Part shown: positions 57,433-64,000 of the stretch, one piece after another
How positions within the stretch are numbered: position 1 is the stretch's first letter
Layout of the letters: each line of letters opens with the position of its first letter
Assembly (NCBI GenBank): GCA_051251855.1
Contig: JBPOGI010000001.1
Location: 448,001 to 512,000 of the forward strand
Reading direction: 5' to 3'
Origin: Roseibacillus sp.
GTDB lineage: Bacteria; Verrucomicrobiota; Verrucomicrobiia; Verrucomicrobiales; Akkermansiaceae
DNA: 64,000 nt
Made by a program: the position numbers and the translations under genes
The notes under the pieces: generated by a model
Database searches by the model: none
The model's input: the letters and a program-made list of their open reading frames with translations, nothing else
What the model was told of the DNA's origin: nothing

Positions 57433-58548
57433 TTAGCGATAGTCGCTGAAGTGAATCTCTAGAGTGGATTCGAGTCGCTTGAGGCGGGGGCGTTGCTTGG
57501 GCTCTAACAGAACGAGGGAAAGTCCGGTCTTGCCGGCACGAGCGGTGCGTCCGCTGCGGTGGGTGTAGTATTCGATCTGGTCGGGAAGTTGGTGGTGAAG
57601 AACGAAGGAAAGGTCGGCGACATCGATTCCGCGGGCAGCGACGTCGGTGGCGATGAGGAACTGGACCCGCTCTTTCTTGAAGGCACGCATCACTTTGTCG
57701 CGTTCCTTTTGAGTGAGGTCGCCTTGGAGGACTTCAACTTGGAAGCCCTTTTTACGAAGTTGATTTCCAAGAGCGACGGAGCCGGCCTTGGTCCGGCAAA
57801 AGATGAGTCCTCGTTCTTTGCCTTGTTCTTCGAGGAAATCGATAATGAATTGGTCTTTCTCGGCGTGCTCGAGGACAATGTATTTGTGGTCAATGTTGCT
57901 GTTGACGACGTCCTTGTGCTCGACTTTGAGGAAAGGTGCTTTGGCGGACAGGTTGTTTTGGATGAGGTCTTCTACCTTCTCGGGGAAGGTGGCGGAGAAG
58001 AGCCAAGTGCCTTTGCGCTTGGGGGTGAGTTTGAAGATTTCGGAGAGTTGGGATTGGAAGCCCATGCTGAGCATTTCGTCGGCTTCGTCGAGAACGAGGA
58101 AACGGACCGTAGAGATGTCGATGGCCTTGCGTTCGAGAAGGTCGAGTAGACGTCCGGGGGTGGCGACCACGATTTGGGTGGGTCGCTGGAGGGCGGCAAT
58201 CTGACGGTCGATGGGGTCGCCTCCGCTGACCACTTCGGTGAAGACTTGGGTGGAGTATTTGGTAAAGCGAAAGAGCTGTTTGCCGATTTGTTTGGCGAGT
58301 TCACGGGTGGGAGCGAGGACGAGGCCTTGGATGCTCTTTTGGGTGGGGTCGACTTTGGCGAGGAGAGGGAGTCCGAAGGCTGCGGTCTTTCCTGTTCCAG
58401 TTTGAGCTTGGGCGATGAAGTCTCGGCCATCTTGCTGCAAGCGTGGGATGGCGTCGTACTGGATCTTGGTGGGCTTGCGGATGCCGAGTTCTTCGAGACC
58501 TTTGACAAGGTCTTCTGAGACGCCGAGAGCAAGAAAGGGATTGGCCAT
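57433..58548 (-). CDS. DEAD-box RNA helicase (core only)
   Basis: AQTGTGKT, PTRELA, TPGRL, DEAD, SAT, ARGID and HRSGRTAR. Confidence 0.95.
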   Translation of the reverse strand: MANPFLALGVSEDLVKGLEELGIRKPTKIQYDAIPRLQQDGRDFIAQAQTGTGKTAAFGLPLLAKVDPTQKSIQGLVLAPTRELAKQIGKQLFRFTKYSTQVFTEVVSGGDPIDRQIAALQRPTQIVVATPGRLLDLLERKAIDISTVRFLVLDEADEMLSMGFQSQLSEIFKLTPKRKGTWLFSATFPEKVEDLIQNNLSAKAPFLKVEHKDVVNSNIDHKYIVLEHAEKDQFIIDFLEEQGKERGLIFCRTKAGSVALGNQLRKKGFQVEVLQGDLTQKERDKVMRAFKKERVQFLIATDVAARGIDVADLSFVLHHQLPDQIEYYTHRSGRTARAGKTGLSLVLLEPKQRPRLKRLESTLEIHFSDYR

Positions 58549-58603
58549 AACGAGGGAGAGGCTATCAGGAACTTTGGGGTGAAAAGCGAGGTTTTTCGGG
58601 AGG

Positions 58604-58814
58604 CGAGCGCTCCGTAACGCCGAAAATGAGTGATAGAATTCTCTATTGGGTCTTCAGTCAGCTTCCTTCGGTCGGAATGAACCGAGACTTGAGCCTTTCT
58701 GTTGATAGCGGCCTTACCCGTCGCTTATGAATTCCTGTTCTTTCTGTTCTCGTGTCTTGTTCTTGGTGAAAAATCTCGTCGCTATCAGTCATTTTCAGAA
58801 TTACGGAGCACTAG
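58604..58814. mobile_element. MITE-like palindromic element, copy 2
   Basis: 33-bp imperfect terminal inverted repeats (27/33), right end CTAG and left end CGAG. Interior aligns with copy 1. Confidence 0.72.
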
Positions 58815-58857
58815 GCTTCTGTTTCGCCGGTGGATACGGTAATTGTCTGCGGAACGA

Positions 58858-59616
58858 ATGGCTGATAACGACAAAAACTTCAAACTCCCGCCTAAAAAGT
58901 ATCAACCGAAGGGGATTCATTTTCTCTATGAAGATCGGGATATCCTGGTGGTGGATAAGGCGAGTGGATTGTTGTCGGTGAGTAGTGAAAAGGTGAAGGA
59001 GAATACGGCCTTTTTCCTCCTGAACAATTATGTGCGAAAGGGGAACGTGAAGGCGCCGCACCGGGTCTTTATCGTGCACCGGTTGGATCGTGATACTTCA
59101 GGGGTTTTGGTTTTTGCAAAAAGTGAGAAGGCGAAGCACTTTTTACAGGACCAATGGCACGATTTTCGCAAAATCTATTATGCGGTGGTGGATGGGGAGC
59201 CGCCGGAGAGGGAGGGGTTGATCGAATCCTATTTGGCGGAGAACAGCATTCACAAAGTCTATTCGACGACGGACAAAAAGAAGGGGAAGTTGTCGAAGAC
59301 GGGATATCGGGTGCTCAAACAGGGTCAGGGAAATTCGCTTTTGGAAGTGGAGCTTTTGACGGGGCGGAAGAACCAGATTCGAGTGCACTTGGCCGATTTG
59401 GGATGTCCCGTGGTGGGGGATAAGAAGTATCGCGGGGAGAAGGATGAGAGTCAGAAGCCTAGGCCACCAGTGAAGGCTGGAGGCGCGGGCAGGAAGCGGC
59501 CACGGCTGGCGCTGCATTCGGCGTCGCTGACGATGGTGCATCCTTTTTCGAAAAAAGAGATGACCTTTGAGACGATGATTCCGCCTTACTTCGAGAGTCT
59601 CGTGCGGAAAGGCTAG
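58858..59616 (+). CDS. RluA-family pseudouridine synthase (no S4 domain)
   Basis: VVDKASGLL, IVHRLDRDTSG, TGRKNQIRVH, GDKKY and LALH. Confidence 0.93.
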   Translation: MADNDKNFKLPPKKYQPKGIHFLYEDRDILVVDKASGLLSVSSEKVKENTAFFLLNNYVRKGNVKAPHRVFIVHRLDRDTSGVLVFAKSEKAKHFLQDQWHDFRKIYYAVVDGEPPEREGLIESYLAENSIHKVYSTTDKKKGKLSKTGYRVLKQGQGNSLLEVELLTGRKNQIRVHLADLGCPVVGDKKYRGEKDESQKPRPPVKAGGAGRKRPRLALHSASLTMVHPFSKKEMTFETMIPPYFESLVRKG

Positions 59617-59777
59617 TGCACCGTTTCAAAAATGACGCTGCATTTCAGCTGGTTCTTTTTCAGAATAACTGGGTTGCAAGCAGCTGTAGAATATTCATTC
59701 AACAAGCAATTTGCGCCTTGTTCTCCAGAAGAATTCCTGCGCCGAAACGCAACCTTATTTTCAAAACGATGCACTAG
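59613..59777. mobile_element. MITE-like palindromic element, copy 3
   Basis: CTAGTGCACCGTTTCAAAAAT / ATTTTCAAAACGATGCACTAG inverted ends (18/21). Shares CGCCTTGTTCT...CTGCGCCGAA with copy 1. Confidence 0.75.
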
Positions 59778-60136
59778 TTCGCGACGCCGTTGGCGCGGAC
59801 GTAGAAATCAGGATTGAGGTCAGCGAGAGGACCGCGGAGTTTGTCGATTTCCTCGGCTGGGCCATGGAACTCGAGGCGATAAAGTTCGGAGATTTCTCCG
59901 CTGGCGGCAATGCAGCTCCCCACGTTTTCGAGGTGTCGCAGGACGGCTGCAGCATCGTGGTAGGCTTCGCGACAGAAGGCTTGGTCGCCGCAAATACTAA
60001 AGTCGTAGTAGTAGCAGGTTTCTTCGGTGGTGGTGCGTTCGACGAACTCGGCCATTAGGGCTTCGAAGGCATCTTCTTTGCCGGACTGAATTTTGAAGTA
60101 GGGATGGATGCTGACTGCTTGGGAAAGGTTACTCAT
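59774..60136 (-). CDS. ABM-like (dimeric alpha/beta barrel) protein, putative monooxygenase
   Basis: F.I..GKEDAF...E..C..Y.F....CREAY.D....L.HL pattern. Confidence 0.7.
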   Translation of the reverse strand: MSNLSQAVSIHPYFKIQSGKEDAFEALMAEFVERTTTEETCYYYDFSICGDQAFCREAYHDAAAVLRHLENVGSCIAASGEISELYRLEFHGPAEEIDKLRGPLADLNPDFYVRANGVAN

Positions 60137-60182
60137 GGAAGGTGATTTTTAGGAAAGGAGTAGATTGTGCAAGGTTAGAAAA

Positions 60183-62267
60183 CTAATTCATGGATCGGAG
60201 AGCGTCGCTCCAGTCTGGGATCCCGATGACGGGAAGGTAGGGTGCGCAGGCGGCGTCTTCTTTAGAAGAGCCGAGAGCTTGATAGAGATGCCAGATGGGC
60301 TTTTTGCCCAGAGGGTCGGTAGCGTCGTCGGGAAACTTACGAAGGCCGATGCGAAGGTTGCCTTCGTGTCGATTGTCGATCCAGTTGTGATACTGCCACA
60401 TCTCAATGGTTTCCAATCCTTGGATTTTTTTCCAAGCGTAGGCCATTCCGGCCGCTTGGTCGCGGAGAGATTCCGGCGAGTAATCGGGGGAGTTGAAACC
60501 GTTCTCGGAGAGATGGACGGGGCGGGTATTGCCATAGCGGTCGCGCATGTCGGGACGCTTCATCCAGGCGTCGAGAACTTCGATGTTGTGAGGGGTGATT
60601 TTTTTGGAGTCAAAGCTCATCGTAGCCTGGTTGTCTTCCCAAGTTCGCGGATGGCGCAGAGACTGGGGGTAGGGATGGTGGGCGAGTGCCCAAGGAAAGT
60701 CTCCTTCAGCTTTCGTCCAGCGAACAAATTCCTCCATGATATCGCGGGAGGGATAGAAGCGCTTGTTGACGGTTTCGGCCCAGTGGTGGGTGAGGGAGAT
60801 GAAGGTGCGCGCATTGGGGTTTTGCTCGCGGGCGATGAGGTCGACGAGTCGGCAAGAGCGATGGTAGAAATCGAGGTAATAGGCGAGGGGCTTTTCGCCA
60901 CAGTTGGTCCAAGTCCAACCGGCATCGACCTCGTTGTGAACAATGTAGTGATGAATGCGGCCGTATTTGCCATCGGGGCGGGAGTATCGGCTGGCGAGCA
61001 GATGAAGAGCGGCACCATACATTTCGACCGCCTTCTGACTGTCCATATTGGGCATAGAAAAAATGCCTTCGGGGTGGGCATCAGGGTGACCCATGGTTTG
61101 GACGGCGGAGTCGCTGCTGCGAGCAGGGTTGCCAAGAAGGAGCACAGGGGAGACGAGGGCGTTGTTCTTGGCGGCGGCTAACATGGTGGCATCGTGGCCG
61201 GCCAGCGCGCGTTGGTTAGCGTAGAAGGTTCGGCCTTGCCACTGGAAGGGCTCGTGGTTTGGCTTGGGAGAATTGGAGAGAAGGGTTTGCAGCACGATGT
61301 TGACGGTGACGGCAGAGATGTCTAGGGCTTCCAGTTCGCCGTGAGGAACTCGTCTGGCGGACCAACCGCCGAGCCCCTTTTTATGGCGTGGATTGACCGC
61401 TGGGAGATGGGGATTGAGGGATTGAATATGGTCGGGGTAGCGGGCGTGGGAGAGGAGGGTGCGCTTGGTTCCGTGCACTTGCACGAGTTGCCAACGCGAG
61501 GTGAGTCGATCGTATTTTTGCCCGAGCCGGTCACGATGACGAGGGAAGGTGAGAGTGGTGGCTTGGCCTGATGAGGGAGAGACGGGAATGAGAAACTCGA
61601 AGCGCGTGGGGTCGTCCATGGCTCGAAAGATAGGCACCTCGGCAAGGTGGATTTGGTTGGTGGGTTTGTTTATGCGGAAGGTGACTTCGATTTCATTTGG
61701 GGTGACCGAGATGTTCTCAATGGTGTTCTCGAATTGAGCGGGAAGGTAAGTGGCGATAGCTTGTTGCCTTTTTTGGACCTTACCATCGAAGCGTTGATCG
61801 AATTCGTCGGGTTTGAGAGGGCGTAGTCGGAGATTGCGGAGTTGGAGAGAGGCTCCAGGTGGGAGGTGAAAGTCGAGGCGAAGTTGCTCAAGGGCTTCCA
61901 TGTCTCCTGGGAGTCCGGCGAGAGGGGTGGAGTAGGGGGTCCAAGCTTCGGCATGGAAGAGGGGTCGAAGGGAAAGCCCTTCGTCAGGTTCGGTAGTGGG
62001 GGATGAAAATGCGAGAATCTTGGGGCAGCCCCCTAGGGAAAAGACCTCAGCTTCGAGAACGGTTTCGTTAGCTGAAGGGGGACTGGAAGGGACAAGGGTG
62101 AGGCTAGCAAGCCCATCTGCGGTGAGGCCGATGACACCTTGGTCGCTGTGGGTGACTCGGTTCTTGTCGAGAGAAGTGGGGGTGAGCTTCAAGGGAGTGA
62201 CTGCGAAGAGTGCCGCTGTCATTGAAAACCAAGTGAAGGCTATGAAGTGAATTCGTAATTTCAACAC
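60183..62267 (-). CDS. Exported DUF5722-like protein, probable glycoside hydrolase (clan A-like barrel)
   Basis: KKGL, YIVHNEVD (acid/base), ALAHHPYP and HLSENGF (nucleophile). Confidence 0.75.
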   Translation of the reverse strand: MLKLRIHFIAFTWFSMTAALFAVTPLKLTPTSLDKNRVTHSDQGVIGLTADGLASLTLVPSSPPSANETVLEAEVFSLGGCPKILAFSSPTTEPDEGLSLRPLFHAEAWTPYSTPLAGLPGDMEALEQLRLDFHLPPGASLQLRNLRLRPLKPDEFDQRFDGKVQKRQQAIATYLPAQFENTIENISVTPNEIEVTFRINKPTNQIHLAEVPIFRAMDDPTRFEFLIPVSPSSGQATTLTFPRHRDRLGQKYDRLTSRWQLVQVHGTKRTLLSHARYPDHIQSLNPHLPAVNPRHKKGLGGWSARRVPHGELEALDISAVTVNIVLQTLLSNSPKPNHEPFQWQGRTFYANQRALAGHDATMLAAAKNNALVSPVLLLGNPARSSDSAVQTMGHPDAHPEGIFSMPNMDSQKAVEMYGAALHLLASRYSRPDGKYGRIHHYIVHNEVDAGWTWTNCGEKPLAYYLDFYHRSCRLVDLIAREQNPNARTFISLTHHWAETVNKRFYPSRDIMEEFVRWTKAEGDFPWALAHHPYPQSLRHPRTWEDNQATMSFDSKKITPHNIEVLDAWMKRPDMRDRYGNTRPVHLSENGFNSPDYSPESLRDQAAGMAYAWKKIQGLETIEMWQYHNWIDNRHEGNLRIGLRKFPDDATDPLGKKPIWHLYQALGSSKEDAACAPYLPVIGIPDWSDALRSMN

Positions 62268-62439
62268 TCTCAGTTACGGTCTTAAGGCGGGGTTCTTCCT
62301 TAGTTTGAGCGATTTTTGTCTTTCGATAATGTCTGAGAAGAGGCATTTCTCGAAACGAAAGTGAGGGTGCGATTCGCTCACTTGTCTGAATACACAGTTG
62401 CTTTTGGGAGTCCCATGGGGGAACTGTTGAAAAATTAGC

Positions 62440-63153
62440 ATGAAAACACTTTTACTTACTTCTGTCCTCTTCCTGTCTGGAATGCTTGGAGCGCAGGCAC
62501 AATTGCCCGATGCGGATGATGTTTTGCGCACGGCTCGCTACGTGGCGACTCTGAATAGCACGAGCTTGAAGGGAAAGCTGCGCAAGGATAATAGAGAGGT
62601 GCCTATCGCGCTCTTTTTGATCGAAGGGCAGGGAATTGAGTTCCAATATTTGGTGGGGAAAACCTATCAGAAGTTTCAGCTGAAGCTGGCCGATGATGAG
62701 TATGATCTCTTCGAGGGGGTGGGTTCGAAAATCAAACGATTCGACAAAAATCGGGTGACTCAGCCGGTGATGGAAACGGACCTGACCTACGAAGATTTAG
62801 CGATGTCGTTTCTTTATTGGCCCAATGGCACCGTATTAGGTGAGGAGAATTTGGGAATCGGCCGTGATGCCTGGAAAGTCCGTCTCGTGAATCCGAGGGC
62901 AGTAGGTCGTTATAAGACGGTCGACGTTTGGGTGCATAAGAAGTCGGGAGCGTTGATGCAGATCAATGGTTACCGAGCGGATGGCAAGTGCGTCAAAGTC
63001 TTCAAAGTAACAGAAATCATGCGCGTGGGCGGTGGTGAGTATTCTCTCAAGACGATGAAGGTGCAGTCCTACGGTGAAGACGGCCGCACTACAGGGATTA
63101 CGAGCTTGGAGTTCGAGAAGCCCAAGGCGCTTGCTCCTCAGGGATTGAGGTAG
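62440..63153 (+). CDS. Outer-membrane lipoprotein-sorting (LolA-like) protein
   Basis: Signal peptide; TDLTYEDL motif and Y..V.VWV.K....MQ...Y..DGK..K. Confidence 0.75.
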   Translation: MKTLLLTSVLFLSGMLGAQAQLPDADDVLRTARYVATLNSTSLKGKLRKDNREVPIALFLIEGQGIEFQYLVGKTYQKFQLKLADDEYDLFEGVGSKIKRFDKNRVTQPVMETDLTYEDLAMSFLYWPNGTVLGEENLGIGRDAWKVRLVNPRAVGRYKTVDVWVHKKSGALMQINGYRADGKCVKVFKVTEIMRVGGGEYSLKTMKVQSYGEDGRTTGITSLEFEKPKALAPQGLR

Positions 63154-63207
63154 ATTTCCACAGCGCCAGCTCTTGTGGCGGGAGGGTTCCTTGGCTAGAA
63201 CGTTGGG

Positions 63208-64000
63208 ATGCAACAGTTTCCCTTTTCGTTTCTGGCGGTGACTCTCATGGCGCTTGGGAGTGCTCTTGGCAGTGACTCGGCGCAGACTTTGGAGGAGGCA
63301 ACTGGGATTGTGGAGGCTTGGCATCCCGAGCAGCACCTCTACGTGAAGGGGAAGGTTAACCTGAATGCCCGGCAGTTGGGAGAGCTTGAGAAGTGGCTCG
63401 ATGAAAAGGCGAAGAACTGGACGGTGGTCTTGGTGAGCTCGGCGCGAGGAGAAAGTTATCAGGGAAAGAGGGGGATTGATGCGGTGGAAGCAATCATGGA
63501 AACAGAGTTACTGGGAAGGACTTCGTTTGGGGAGCTCCGTTCATCGGTGACAGGAGATCGTTCGGGAGCGTTTTTTGTGATTTATCTTCAAGAGCGAAAG
63601 TTCTCCTACTTTGGGGGTGACCATTACGAAGACCGGGGGTTGGGTGGGAACCGGTTTGCGGGTTATTTGGATTCGGCGGCCATTCGGGCGATGCGCAATG
63701 GAGGTAGAGTGGCCGATGCAGTCCGTGGGACCATTGAACTGATTGATGGGAAGGTTGAACAGAAACTGCGGCAAAAGAAGCGTTCGCAGCAGGCTGCTCA
63801 AGCGGCGCAGGCCGCACGTCGCCGAGAAGCATTGAGTACCATCGAGGGAGGGGAGAAAATGGTGCAGGATTTTAAAAAGGAGCTCGTTGAGTTTCGAAAA
63901 GTAGAGGGCGTTTTGATGGGACCTCTCGCTCAGACGAACACGGTGACCTGGGAGGAGTCCTTTCAGCAAGCAAGGTTCTTTCAGACTAATGGTAAGGTAG
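63208..64000 (+). CDS. Exported protein with a TPM-like N-terminal domain and coiled coil, 3'-truncated
   Basis: Open frame MQQFPFSFLAVTLMALG... runs to the window end; absent from the ORF track because there is no stop. Confidence 0.7.
   Translation, partial: MQQFPFSFLAVTLMALGSALGSDSAQTLEEATGIVEAWHPEQHLYVKGKVNLNARQLGELEKWLDEKAKNWTVVLVSSARGESYQGKRGIDAVEAIMETELLGRTSFGELRSSVTGDRSGAFFVIYLQERKFSYFGGDHYEDRGLGGNRFAGYLDSAAIRAMRNGGRVADAVRGTIELIDGKVEQKLRQKKRSQQAAQAAQAARRREALSTIEGGEKMVQDFKKELVEFRKVEGVLMGPLAQTNTVTWEESFQQARFFQTNGKV

Noticed and set aside
58655..58680. SRP RNA, suggested by minus-strand GAAGGAAGC
   Set aside because: The CAGG and GNRA domain IV pattern is missing, and the segment is part of MITE-like copy 2.
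1723..61181. Many long antisense or alternative-frame ORFs (e.g. 14297-15367, 18833-19852, 28305-29300, 42106-43146, 60165-61181)
   Set aside because: They overlap well-supported genes, have low-complexity translations with no motifs, and are expected shadows of biased codon usage.
1..64000. CRISPR array, rRNA or an autonomous transposase
   Set aside because: No regularly spaced 25-45 bp repeats, cas genes, rRNA-like tracts or transposase ORFs were seen.

Overview
A gene-dense bacterial chromosomal segment, most likely Verrucomicrobiota. This is inferred from the PEP-CTERM proteins, an SHD1-like protein, a DxDGDG-type C-terminal domain and the short rpoZ. The window holds about 50 CDS and one tRNA-Gly(GCC). 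Main blocks: (i) a TetR-controlled RND efflux operon ending in two exported peroxiredoxin-like paralogues, one fused to a SnoaL-like domain; (ii) a small defence-like patch with a PD-(D/E)XK nuclease, a membrane NERD nuclease and an MmeI-like restriction-modification enzyme whose specificity region looks swapped; (iii) a complete 7-gene reductive pyrimidine catabolism operon; (iv) an orphan Hcp (T6SS tube) homologue with a Sec signal peptide, paired with a secreted multidomain protein; (v) a 2027-aa DUF3857/transglutaminase/TPR protein; (vi) housekeeping genes (trpC, rpoZ, smpB, two RluA synthases, three SF2 helicases). The non-coding DNA carries three diverged copies of a CTAG-bounded palindromic MITE-like element whose arms co-vary, several REP-like hairpins (one inside a CDS) and candidate RNA switches. 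All calls come from motif recognition by eye; no database search or folding program was run.
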